64,000 nucleotides of DNA from contig OZ024743.1 of NCBI GenBank assembly GCA_964016885.1, positions 351,292,001 to 351,356,000 of the forward strand, written 5' to 3'. Each line of letters opens with the position of its first letter. The first letter of the stretch is position 1. The notes below the pieces were generated by a model. It was not told the DNA's origin and did not search any database. It saw only the letters and a program-made list of their open reading frames with translations. Positions 48,835-62,273 of the stretch are shown here, one piece after another. This stretch comes from Eledone cirrhosa (taxonomy: Eukaryota). A program made the position numbers and the translations under genes.

Positions 48835-48865
48835 ACAAACGCACACACACACGCACACAAACTTA

Positions 48866-48917
<52 letters not shown>

Positions 48918-49069
48918 CACACACACACATACTATAGGTCTTGCTAGTGTCCTTACTACCACCGTCACTCGCAGCACCACCATAACCGCCACGAGCGCTG
49001 CCAGTAACGTCATCATTATCATCATCATAATAAATATTGAGATTCACATTTTTCCAGAATGTTCGCCAT

Positions 49070-49600
49070 TTGATTTAGGGACAAGGCCAACAATTTGGGG
49101 GGGAGTCGATTAAATCGACCTCAATCAGTTACTGGTACTTAATTTTATCGACCTCGTAAGGTTGAGAAGCAAAGCTAACCTCGGCGGAAATAATAATAAT
49201 ACAACTACTAATAATAATGTGTTTATTTTTAATACCACTTCTAGTACTACTACTATTACGGTTATTGCTAATATTTACAGGGATTGGCAGTATCGGAAGA
49301 GCGTCGGACACCATGCTTTGCAGCATAGAGTTACGGCCCTTTACAGTCTGAGTTCAAATCCCGCCGAGGTTTAGTTTGCCTTTCATCCGTACGGGGTCGA
49401 TAAAATAAAGCACCAGTAACGTACTGGGGTCGATTTAATCGACTTTCCCTTCTCCCCAAATTACTGGCCTTGTGCCTATACTAGAAATCATTCAAATCCC
49501 GCCGAAGTTAACTTTGCCTTTCATCCTTACGGGGTCGATAAAATAAGTACCAGTAATACACTGGGATAATTGCTGGCCTTGTGCCGAAAGTAGAAACAAT
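49070..49600. mobile_element. Cluster of three tRNA-derived SINE copies (one minus, two plus)
   Basis: Repeated ttcaaatcccgccga.gtt.a.tttgcctttcatcc.tacggggtcgataaaataag.accag at about 49350 and 49490; reverse copy 49070-49190. Confidence 0.75.
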
Positions 49601-50080
49601 TATTAACATTAGTCCCGTCACCGTCACCATCACCACATATATTTCACCTGCTACTAACGATAACAGCCGATATCCTCCCTCCCCCCCCCCATCACCAGTA
49701 TTGTTCATGCGTCGCAAGTGTCATCAAACTTGTTGGTGACACCGAGTAATGAGTGGAGATGCACAGTTTTTGACGTCATCAAGGGCTGCCTTGACGTCAT
49801 TAGATACTGAACTGACATCACTTATACGGGAATGGTTAGTATACACGCATCTTTGCATATTCATATATGTGTGTGTATGTGTGTATGTGGGTATGTGTGT
49901 GTGTATGTGTGTATGTGGGTATGTGTGTGTGTGTATGTGAAGTTTGTTAGAAGGATTGTGAGATAGAAAGAGGGGTTATGTTTTGGAAGCCGCTATAATG
50001 CAAGTGCCTTAATATTTACAAATCTACTTGCATTGTAGCTTTCATGACAACCACACTCACGCACGCACACATATAAATAT

Positions 50081-50146
<66 letters not shown>

Positions 50147-50803
50147 CGAATGCAATTAATCTGATTTTAACTTTTGTTCGCAAGTTAGCTATATAGGTCA
50201 TTGAGACCACTTACGCCGACCTTTAGGCCTCATTGATGTTTAATTCATTTGTTTCGAACTAGTGTCGCCAAATTTGCTGTAGAAATGGTTTTCTAGAGGC
50301 CATCTGCAGATTGTCAGAAGATAACGTTATCCTCATAAAAATAATCTCTCCTCGGCAGTCCATGGCAGTTCGCTCCGTTTCACGAAAGTCATCAGAACGA
50401 TGTACTTGTACATAGATTTACTCCGACTCCTGGGGTCTCGGTCTTTAGGTCAGCGAACTTTATCAACAAACGTTAGTTATATACAGATATTAACACATTT
50501 ACTACAAACATCCACACCAAAGACTCACACAATTTTACTGCGAATGTCTTTGGTCTTCCTATATTGTCACAATAACTTCTAAGCAAGTTATGTTATAAAA
50601 TTATTAAAGTAGCGGATCTTGTTTATCGTTCATTCACAACGGCATTTCATACAGCGGGACAGATCAACTTACACATTTACCCATCAAGCGAACGTTTACT
50701 GCTACAATTCCTGGCATGCTACAATGAACCACTAACCAATTCATTCGACAACACACATCAAAATCACGCTCATTACAATCGAATAAACATTTAGACCTGC
50801 TAC

Positions 50804-50843
<40 letters not shown>

Positions 50844-50845
50844 GA

Positions 50846-51057
50846 GTGAGTGTCCAAGTCTCAGACTCATACAGCAGCACAGACTCCACTACAGCAATGA
50901 AGAGGCGGATTTTCAGGTTAACATATGTTGATGCCCTAAGGACAGACGCTGGTCTCTTGGAGATGCAGGATATGGCAGCGATAATGAGGGACAGAGACCG
51001 CTGGAGAGAACTCGTCCATGGATCTCGGGAATTTTACCCGCCTGAGATAGATAGATA
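50846..51057 (+). mobile_element. RTE-type 3' fragment with inverted 5' part and (GATA)n tail
   Basis: Homologous to 23529-23742 including the inversion junction. Confidence 0.6.
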
Positions 51058-51179
51058 TATATATATCGGCCTGTCCGCCCAGCCAGTGGGTATGGCGTCA
51101 TCGCATGGCTCAAACAGCACGTGCTGTGACCAGCGGCGCCGAACGGCGCCCGACAGACTGGTCGGTCAAAGTGATCAAG

Positions 51180-51221
<42 letters not shown>

Positions 51222-51296
51222 TATATATATATAATTATATATGTATATATATGTATATATGTATATATGTATACATATGTATAATATATATATATA

Positions 51297-52352
51297 GACG
51301 CGCGTCACCAATCAATAAACGTAATGAATGCGTAACAAATCGCCCTTGTATTATTATTACTAGTAGAAAAACCAGCTGAAGGATGGTTTTCTGCTTAAAG
51401 TTTAAGCAAAGAATCGCTGCTTTCACCCTTAACGGGATCTTCTGAAACTAACTTGTGTATGTACGTATCTGTTTGCGTGTATGTATTTATTTGTTTCTAT
51501 TACTTCTGTATTGTATTTATTTACTTTGTTCTTAACTCTATAGCGGAGATTCATTTGGTCTCCTAGTTAGAATTTTAGTCTACGACTTCTGCTATACCAT
51601 TTACGTGGTTTTGTCTTGCGTTCTCCACGCTCCACATATGACTTATTATCTTCGTTTTTTCGTTCATTGCCAGAGAACGTCTCTATGCACCACCTAAGAG
51701 AACATTAGTCTACGACCTCTTTTATACCATAAACGTGGTTTTGTCTTTGCGCGTAATTGTTTTTCACCGCTCCTATTAATGACGTATTATTCGTTTTTTC
51801 CCGTTCTTTGCCAGCGAACGTTTCCACGAACCAAAGTATCGTCTTCCTGTCTTCCTCCGGTTGCAACGTTTTTTGAAATATCCAGTTCTGCGTTTACAGA
51901 TTGACTTTGTTAGTTTCAGAAGATCCCGTTAAGGGTGAAAGCAGCGATTCTTTGCTTAAACTTTAATCTGTTATTTTAATAAATATTTGCTCTACGGTTC
52001 TTATATATTTGATATATATTTTCCTTATCGAGCCCTCTTTGGATTTTAGTCTTCAATTTTATTATTACTATATATATATATATATATATATATATCCAGG
52101 GAGAGTAACGTGAAGTTACTTTAGGTTCACCCAGGTGAGCACTCGACGTTTAGATTCACGTCTGTAGCGAGATGTAGTAGAGATCCGACGAGCTTTTGAT
52201 TCCAGAGTCGGACCAGATCAATACAGATCGAACCTTGAGCTGATCAATAGCGAAACGCGCGTCACCAATCAATAAACGTAATGAATGCGTAACAAATCGC
52301 CCTTGTATTATTATTACTAGTAGAAAAACCAGCTGAAGGATGGTTTTCTGCT
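51297..52352. mobile_element. Probable Penelope-like element remnant (direct and inverted terminal repeats)
   Basis: About 100-bp direct repeat at 51297-51397 and 52254-52352; inverted repeat 51398-51452 vs 51909-51965; GAAACGCGCGTC hammerhead stem III motif at 52252; (TA)n flanks. Confidence 0.55.
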
Positions 52353-52818
52353 AGCATGTGTAGTGTGTATATTGATATTGTATGCAATTATATATACATG
52401 TAGATATGATACCTCAAATAAAATCGTAATTGACAATATACACAGATATTTAACGAAGACTGTGTTACACAGTCTTATGTAATCAGTAACGTAATCCATG
52501 GTACATTAAAAAAAGACGATATTATATATAAACTGCATTAGGAGAAAATTAGTGACGGAAATATATGTTTATTTAAGCGATCGTTGTTTATTTAAGCAAT
52601 CGCTAACCGGAAGTGCTGACATTTGAAAATGTTTAAGACGTGAATCTTAAAATAAACAACAAAATTATTTATATTTAATCAAGAATAACGAAATTTAGTA
52701 GATAAATTATGTAATATTCATTCATTATTTATTCAAAGTAATCCGACTTATTTTACAAACGGGATAAAAAATATATATATTCTGGACGCAGTCCCGCACT
52801 CCTTACTTTATTATAGTT

Positions 52819-52867
<49 letters not shown>

Positions 52868-52875
52868 GTATATAT

Positions 52876-52945
52876 GAGTTCGATTCCTGGACCAGGCGAT
52901 GCGTTATGTCCTTGAGCAAGACACTTTATTTCACGTTGCTCCTTC
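52876..52945 (+). mobile_element. SINE fragment (tRNA B-box plus ccttgagcaagacact central domain)
   Basis: GAGTTCGATTCC followed by a motif shared with a reverse copy at about 53595-53645. Confidence 0.5.
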
Positions 52946-54219
52946 TACCTGGAGTTGCGACCGATAGATAGTATTAGCAATTGGAAAGACCAACGGAAAC
53001 ATTGTTCCCTCGGTCCGATTTGACGAAAGTCGATCGTTCCTATATATATATTTACGGAATATAGTTTGAAAAGTACATTATGCACGAAACTCCTGTTCCA
53101 TGAGTAATTAGTACAGCTTCGCTACTAATAAAATAAATTATACATCACTTTACTCATGTATTGACTTATTTCTGTTGTTTACACAGCAAAACTTATGTGT
53201 GCGAGTCACGCATCAATGTGTGTTTGTGTGCGCTCACGCATCAATGTGTGTATGTGTGTGTGTAAACAGCGCTCACACAGCTGCTTTCTAGTGGATGCGC
53301 TGCGTCGAGAGTTATCTCCCGTTGAAGTGACATGTTATGCAGTCAGATCGAATCCGGAATCATAGGTTAGTTAGCGTAAATGCTTGATGTGTTTATATAT
53401 TTTAAGTTAATTTAAAGACTCTCCCTGGTTAGGGACTCATTAGGTCGAAATTTAACCCAATTTCATTGACGTTGAACAGCTGAAAATTGAAGTCATCCCT
53501 CTTAACGGGGCGCAAGTCTGTCGCAGAGTAACACCAACATGCAACTTGTATTCATTTTCGTTTCGTCTTAGTTGACTGGTTCAACGTAAAAGGAAGTGTC
53601 TTGCTCAAAGACACAACATGTCGCCAGGAAATTCGAACCTACGACTATATGATTGTAAACCCAGCACTATAAGTTGCACGCCTTCACAATTATATATAGA
53701 AGTAGATTGAACCGAATATTCTTGTTGTAGGAAAATGTGGGCTCTTGTGATGTTCCTGGAATCAAAACCTTATCATCAACATCTAGCTCTATACTTGGCC
53801 GCTAGAAATCAGGTTATTGCATTATGATATACTCTATTTATATTGTAGTTCAACCCTCCCAACATTAGTTTAAGATTTAGTATACAGTTGTATATAGACA
53901 CGGGTTTTTTTATTGGCTATTCGTTGCAAGGGAGAGAATATCGGCTTGACTGTTCTCTGCTATTTGTAAAATACTTAACAGTAATGAAAATAAATGGTTT
54001 TTGCTTCCTGTATTTATTTTAATCAATAAATTTAGCATTCACTTTTTTTCTGTAATCGCAGATAGATTATGTTTCAAAATTTCTTGTTCCCTTCAGTGCG
54101 ATGTTATTACAAGGAAGAGTAAAAAATATTATTACAGGATCCTTTTTTTCTTCTCTTGACATTGGGTGTAAAGAAAATTATCTCTATTCGATTGTACATT
54201 TGCCTTTAGTTCTTGCGAG

Positions 54220-54750
54220 ATGTTTAATCTACAGACTGTGTTAAATGTTTAGTCTGTAGCTATGTTCAAATGTTAATTCTGCAGATCTAGTTTAATGTTT
54301 AGTATGCAGCTCTTGCTAAATACTTAATTTATGACTCTAGCTAAATGTATATATCGTTATTTAAATAATTAATCAACAACAATAGCTAAATACTGAGTTA
54401 TACAGTTCTCACTAAATGTTTAATCTGCACTTCTAACTAAAGGTTTAATATGTTGCTAAATGTTTACCATACAACTCTAGCTGAATTATAATTCTGCAAC
54501 TCTAAGTATTTAGTCTACAGATCTCGCTATTATTTTCGATAATTAAATGTTTAGTATGCTCCTATAGCTGAATATTTAGTTTACAGCTATGGTTAAATCT
54601 ATTGCCATCAACTATAGCTAAATATTTCATCGACAACTACAGAGAAAAATTAGTTTTTAACTAATCTTAATGGCTATTCCTAGTAAAGCTGTTGGAATAA
54701 TTTAGATTACTAACTTTCTAGCTAATTGTTATAATACATTACTATAGTCA
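54220..54750 (+). repeat. Degenerate 25-bp minisatellite
   Basis: Successive 25-mers tgtttaatctacagactgtgttaaa, tgtttagtctgtagctatgttcaaa, tgttaattctgcagatctagtttaa, tgtttagtatgcagctcttgctaaa. Confidence 0.7.
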
Positions 54751-55711
54751 ATCATGATCAAAGACGTTCCTTCCGATTATAGGGCCACAAATGTAACAAC
54801 GTCATGTGTGATGTCTTTCACGGGGACCCTTTATTTTTTTCGTCCCATATATTGAGAAATTCGGCTACGGGCAGGCATGTGATGCACAATCTCAGCTTTT
54901 CTTAGCGACATATCATCAGTTTTTAAGATAATATATATCATACACTAATTATCCCAATTTCCATCCTTTAACTGCCCTGGAATTGAATTAACTTCCAATG
55001 GTAAGAAAACAACAAGAATGTTTAATGTTCAGTTACAGACCACGGTCACCTGATTATTTCAGCTGTTTTACATAACACGCATCTGGTTATCGATATGGAT
55101 CGATATGGATCGATATGGATCCTTTTTCTGATTACATGTTATATTTGATGACAAGTGTAACAATTCGTTTTACATTAAACAAACCTCAAATACAAAAATA
55201 ATCTCCCTCCTCAGCTCTCAAAGGACAAAGAAATGTCAACAAGAATAAGGGATTTATTGATATCTGGTTGATGGCTATTAGTCAAGGCTTCATTTCAATC
55301 ATTTTTCTGAATGCAAACTAAAAGTGTATTTCCAGTATTCAGTTATTTCCGTAGAAAAATCGTTTTAATGTATAATGTTGCTTAGAAATAATGTGCTTCT
55401 CTTCTGACGAATTCATACAATGAGAAAAATTCAAGGATCTGCTCCACTAACCTTGAAAACATAGCATGTTCTAACAGAAACAACATGCGGCGGTTTGGGA
55501 GCAATGAAATAAAAAGACCAACTAAATGAAACTTAATACGTGTTTTGATATTTTATAGGGCCGAAATTGATATAATAAAAATTATTGTGTACAGTGCTCA
55601 GGTGCACTACAACCATCAAATGTGCATGTATAGTACATAGAATAATGTACAAATGTCAGGAAAGTGAACAGTGTATGAGTTATGATATACACACACCCAC
55701 AAACACAAACA

Positions 55712-55825
<114 letters not shown>

Positions 55826-56483
55826 CGTGCGTGTGTATGGAGGTGGAATATCATGAGTAGTGTTGGCGAATTTCGGGAAGCCCATGCTTTCGGAGTCGAT
55901 ACTTTTGACGTAAGAATCAAAAAGAGGCATCTTGTTGCATAAACTACGAGCATTTAAAGACAATAATTTGTATCTGGATGTCAGCTTATGATGATATATA
56001 GGGGGTGGCAGATTGTTCTTACTTAGTTTCCCATAGCTTTTTCATTGCCAGCTATTTGGGTGCAATATGTTCTTACCAGCTGGTATCCCTTTTCCATATC
56101 TCACCAAACTTAACAAATTTCCATATCGTCCATCGTCACGTAAGCTAAAACTTTCATGTGGTGTTGAGTTGGGATTTAAGGGAATTACAATATGTAGCTT
56201 TTGACGTGTATCAGGTGGCAAGCTAGGAAAAGTTCGAACGGTAATGTTCACGCCTAGCCTTATCATAGGCTAAATGGTATGCGCGTGCCTCAGTAGACCT
56301 TGCGAATGACAGCCTAATTAATCTGGGGTTGTGACCTGGTCGACCAAGGCGAAGGAACACAGTCTAGGTCATTGAATGAGTTGCGAGAAAATGGTTGCCA
56401 ATAGCAATTACTTCATGGGTAAGAGATTCAAAAGCTTTCTCGATACGTCTAGACTCGGCAAGAGCTACGGGCAGATTTCTAAG

Positions 56484-56545
<62 letters not shown>

Positions 56546-56557
56546 TCTGATTATACT

Positions 56558-56700
<143 letters not shown>

Positions 56701-56779
56701 TTCCTTCTATATCAAGCGTTAACCTAATATATCCCTTCCATATACTCTACCGATTGTGTTGTTATTTCTGTTTACCTTT

Positions 56780-56813
<34 letters not shown>

Positions 56814-57049
56814 AACAAGTAGGACCCCGACGGCTGAGCTCAAGCCGTTTCGACGGCTAATTAAGTATTGAGTACTTTGGTGCGTTATGGTCCATCTGGT
56901 CCCTTACCACATTTCCTTCGTTATATATATAAAGAGATAGAGAAAGAGAGAGAAAGAGAGAGAGAGGGGGACAGTAAGAGAGAGAGAAAAAGAGAAAAAG
57001 AGAAAAAGAAAAGCAGAATTGAAGGAAATATACATACACACATACATAC

Positions 57050-57620
57050 ATGGTGTGGCTGCCAACTCGTTTTCAAGTACGGCCACTACTTTATATCCAT
57101 GTAGGAGAATTCCTACCGATGCGCTGAACGAGTGTGACTTTTTAGTCCAGCCAGCGACTTGAAAACTCTAGTACAAACACTACACTTGTGACAATTATTG
57201 ACACATAGTGCTGGGCCCATGGTACCATGTGACGACAAGTGCAGAGAGATCTCCAGATATAAAGCAATGCCTGTGCCGTGAAGCTTTTATAGTGAGCAAA
57301 GGCACTGCACAAAGCCAGTCCCACTCTCTTAACCAAGATGATATTTACCAAAAAGAAGAACAAGTTTTCCTTCTCCTAGAATTCTGCCTTGACAAAGGCT
57401 AAGGGGTCATCTCTCCCGGTGATTTTGGATGGCCATTGACTCTTAAGAACTCCTTTGCCCTTTGACAGGTTTTGTTTTTAGTCCTGCAGGATGTCCAAAG
57501 TCACACTCCTCACCAAGAAGACTTTGGTGGGATTGCCAGTTTAGTCGCCAACGACCCGACCATGAGTCAGGTTGTACTGGGATACATATTACCAGTAGCA
57601 CCAACTGGTGACCTGACATA
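57050..57620 (-). mobile_element. RTE-like LINE fragment (same family as 40119-40497)
   Basis: Near-identical over about 320 bp; (CATA)n on both sides. Confidence 0.6.
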
Positions 57621-57646
57621 CATACATACATACATACATACATACA

Positions 57647-57680
<34 letters not shown>

Positions 57681-57785
57681 CATACATACATACATACATA
57701 TATAAACGCATATTTTCAAATTTTTTAACAGTGTTTATGCCCTTTTATATTGTTAAATTGACGTTTATCTCCACATTTCTTTCAG

Positions 57786-57926
57786 ATTCTCGAGATCCGA
57801 TCACTTGCTATCACTGTTTGAACAAAGATGACTGGTGCTCCGATCCATTCAATGAAACCCATCCACAGTTGAGGACGATACAGTGTGAAGGCATGTGTGT
57901 AAAATGGGTGAGAGAACCGGCACCAG
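57786..57926 (+). CDS. Ly6/uPAR three-finger protein (quiver/sleepless-like), internal coding exon
   Basis: ttcag| acceptor and |gtaata donor, phase 1-1; encodes SRDPITCYHCLNKDDWCSDPFNETHPQLRTIQCEGMCVKWVREPAP (CYxC..C.DPF..C..C.K pattern). Confidence 0.85.
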
Positions 57927-58787
57927 GTAATAAGCAAAACGTACTTTTTTCTGGATGTATTAGCATATGAAAAGTAAACAGATTTCCTCTAAGGTTTTTA
58001 TATATCTCCTGCTGGAGAAATCTTACAAGGAATTATCTTAAGGGGGTGTCTCTTTATTGTTTTATAACGTGATCCCATCTGAGATATTTTACTTCAGCAA
58101 TAAAAATTCAGAACAGGCCCTAAATTCTCTCCTAGTTTCATCTAACAAATACCAAAGACCTCTCATATTATTAAGTCTCGGTTATTAACGGCCATACGTT
58201 TTTTTTAGATTGCATCCTGCAGTTATATTTCGGAATCGCATACCAAGAAGGGGATATAGATGTTTGTTCTGGAATAAATTCTACTTTTTAAACTTACTCT
58301 TCATCATTCCCAGCATTGCAGAGACCTGCATGGAGTTTTAAATTTGACAGCTACATTTTCTTTAGTGAAACCGAGAAGAAAAGCAACATTTACTTTTATC
58401 TCCGCTTCTAAGGGGAAGAATTAGCAAGTTAAGGTGTTGGATAGAATGTTTTGTACTATCTCAATTCAAATCCCGCCAAAGCCAACTTTGCTTTTCGTCC
58501 TTTCATGAATAATAAATAAATAAATAAATTACCAGTAAAGCAACTGGAATGAATTTCTCCCTCCCTACCCCCTTTCTCTCTCTCATTCTCCCTCTCTATC
58601 TCACAGAAATAGCTATGTGAATGAGCCAGGAAAGGAACGTTTGTGTCACAGTCCAAACTATCCTTTCAACACCACACTGCGGACATGAAAGAAAATCAAC
58701 AATCTTTGTTCCTCTCCAACGCCGTTGTTGATGGTAGATCAGCCAGTATTTTTTAGGAAAAACAGTCCTCAATTTATGTGTGGGTTT

Positions 58788-58885
<98 letters not shown>

Positions 58886-60226
58886 GTATATATGTGGGTG
58901 TCTATGCATGTCTCTGTGTGTGTGCGTTTGCGTGTGCCTGTGTGAGTTTGTGTGTGTGTGTAAACCCTGCTTTCGTCTACGAAAATCTTTATTGTCTATA
59001 CTGTTGCCATCTTTGCACACTAGATATTTTAGATGTGTATCACAACCTAGAAAAATACTATATAGTAAAACAGTAAAAATGTCTCATTAATATAGCATTT
59101 TATCTGTTCTTCTGTGTCAGCAAGCAAGTTTGTTTTATCACTTTAAGCTGTATATTTAAGATGGTGTACCAGTGTTGTGGTGTCTTATGTGAAATGTCTG
59201 ATACATATTCAAACCAGTTGGATTTCTTACATCGACGGTATATATTGAGACCTGGTCCGTATCATAAAATCGATGTCGACATGGAATTAGGGTACTATAC
59301 AGTGGTGAAAGAATTTTTCTAACATCCACTTTATGTTAAAGTAAGTGTAGATAAGTGCAGAAACTATAGACATGGGGTCGAAAAAGTATTGATTTTTATT
59401 TCACACACTTCTTTAGTATTATATTAATATAAATGTCGTTATTCAATCATTGAGCTCTTCGTAAAATAGCCATCAATCAGTTACCTCCCTTTTAAGGAAC
59501 AAGTGGTGACAACTACATCAATGCAGCTTGGATATTTTATATAATGCATCGCACTAGGAATTTCCTTGTTTTTATTTTTGTGTTTTTTGTGTGATTGTTT
59601 TTTATTTTGTTTTTGTATATTTATTTATTTTTTGTTTTTCTGTTTCTTTGTTTCTTTGTTGTTGTTTTTTCTTTGTGTGTGTGTGGGGGGGGGGGGTCTT
59701 TTTTATTGCTTTGTCCGGGGGTGAAGGGGTTTTGAGACCGTTAGGAGGGAGAAAGAAACGATCCTCAGACATTGTCCGAATATTTGCAATGAAATAAATT
59801 CCACTAAAGACACCCGGCGGAGCAGATGATGGTTTAAGTTTACACAGGACGAAGGTTTAAGTTTACCACATTTAATCTTTTGAGATATTTACATTTAATC
59901 TTTTGAGATATTTATAGATATTAGTCAACTCTAAACTTAATCTTTAACAAATGTTTACACATTTATTCCATTTATCTGCTGTTTCGGAATATTGCAAAGA
60001 TTCTGGTGGTCTTTCAAGTGATGTCAATTTACATTATGAGTTTAAATTCCACCAAGGTTCACTTTACCTTTCATTCTTCCGTAATCGCTAACATAAAGTA
60101 CCAGTCAAATACTGGTGTTGATTTAATCAACTTGTCTTTTCCTCAAAATTTTCGGGCCTTCTGCTTAAATTTAAAATCGTTACATTGACGCCATAATTAT
60201 ATAAAATGTCTCTCTTTTACTTGCAG

Positions 60227-60546
60227 GGAAGGTGACATACACCCGGACCTGTTCCTCAAAACTAAATATTATGATGAACATTTACCATGTATGCATGCGT
60301 GAGTCGAGACCGGCCAAGGGACAAATATGTTTCTGTGACAGCTCACAATGTAACGCGGCCACACGCGAAAAACCCGTGTCACTAACACTGCTATGGCTTT
60401 CTCTATTGGTGCACACTTCACAATTTAATCTAGCCTCTCACACCACACCCGCCTCACTAACGCTGTTATGGCTCCCTCAACTTCTATACACGTTTTATTC
60501 GGGTTTACCAACAGAAAACTTTGAAACGTTTTCCCAGGTTTCCTAA
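60227..60546 (+). CDS. Ly6/uPAR three-finger protein (quiver/sleepless-like), terminal coding exon with GPI-signal-like tail
   Basis: ttgcag| acceptor in phase with the previous exon; TRTC..C..ICFCDSSQCN motif followed by a hydrophobic tail and TAA; the signal-peptide exon was not located. Confidence 0.85.
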
Positions 60547-60658
60547 CTTTTTACAGATTAATTCTTTTAAAAAGAAAATGAGGAGAAAAAACACTAAAGC
60601 CAAAATAAAATTTAAAATTTAAATAAATATACATATATATATACATATATATATATTC

Positions 60659-60826
<168 letters not shown>

Positions 60827-61255
60827 TTCATTTAAAATAATAATAATAATATCTAAATCAGAACAAGGAAAGAAAACCAAGCAACCAAACAAGATCTACA
60901 GCAATAACAACAACAATAAAATTTGGGAGTGAAGACTGAGAATGGTAAAAACAGAACAAAACATAACAAAACCGAGTGCCCTACATCTTCTATATTCTAA
61001 CAGTCAAACGTTGAAGAAGGATGACCGACGAAACACTAAATCAAACTAGAAAGCAAGCTAGCAAGTGGGAATTTCAGCATGGAAATTCTCATATATCCAG
61101 ACGAGTGCGAGGAAATGAGCATGAGAGAGAAACAAACGCACACACAGAAAGCATGCATATACACGCAGAGAGACACATGCATACCTACATACTTGGATGT
61201 ATACATAGATACATAGATACATATATACATACATACATTCATACATACATACATT

Positions 61256-61335
<80 letters not shown>

Positions 61336-61417
61336 TATTGAGGTTTCCGTTGAAAATTGAAAACGTCATAGGAGTGAAGAGTGCTCTATGTAAGTACCAG
61401 AGCTAAATTTAATGTAA

Positions 61418-61688
61418 AATAAACAATACAATATAATTACCTCATTACCAGAGGTTTCTCGAATAAGACGAATACAAGAAACGTCCTCATTCGTTCGTCA
61501 GACAAGGCAATTTAAAACATAGTGAAATATTTGAAAAATCTCCTCAAGAAAGGGCCTTTCTTTAGGAGATTTTTCAAATATTTCACTGTTTTAAATTGCC
61601 TTGTCTGACGAACGAATGAGGACGTTTCTTGTATTCGTCTTATTCGGGAAACCTCTGGTAATGAGGTAATTATATTGTATTGTTTATT
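61418..61688. repeat. Fold-back inverted repeat (arms about 135 bp, essentially no spacer); probable Penelope-like element terminus
   Basis: Arms are reverse complements centred on aagaaagg-g-cctttctt; (TA)n flank. Confidence 0.85.
61594..61671 (+). ncRNA. Type I hammerhead ribozyme (mirror copy at 61435-61512 on the minus strand)
   Basis: 11-bp stem I AAUUGCCUUGU/AUGAGGUAAUU, CUGACGA core, long stem II, GAAA, stem III CC-UCU-GG, GUA cleavage triplet at 61658-61660. Confidence 0.75.
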
Positions 61689-61785
61689 ATATATATATAT
61701 ATATATATTTCTGTGTACGTGTATGTGTGTGTGTGCGTGTGAGTGTGTGTGTATGAGTGTAAGCACGTACATATACTTATGTATG

Positions 61786-61816
<31 letters not shown>

Positions 61817-61866
61817 GCACAAACATGTACACATATATGCGCATAAATATAGTATACAGACGCGCG

Positions 61867-61906
<40 letters not shown>

Positions 61907-62165
61907 CAGACACACACACACTAACACACACACACGCGCGCGCATTCTCTCACCCTCTCTCGCACGCATGCACACGTGCACACACACACACAGATACACA
62001 CGCACACACATACACACACACAGGTAGACAACACGGAACACAGAAATACCTAGAAGGAAAATATATGTGATAAACCAATACCAATACCAAGAACACAGAC
62101 AAGGATTGGAAGTTGAACTTGCTGGAAAATGATATACAATCCAGGACAGTTGGAATTTAGAAGAC

Positions 62166-62273
<108 letters not shown>

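Noticed and set aside
49350-49370. tRNA gene
   Set aside because: Only a B-box within a SINE head; no cloverleaf
54060-55150. Candidate signal-peptide exons for the Ly6 gene
   Set aside because: The frames I tested hit stops or lacked a phase-compatible donor
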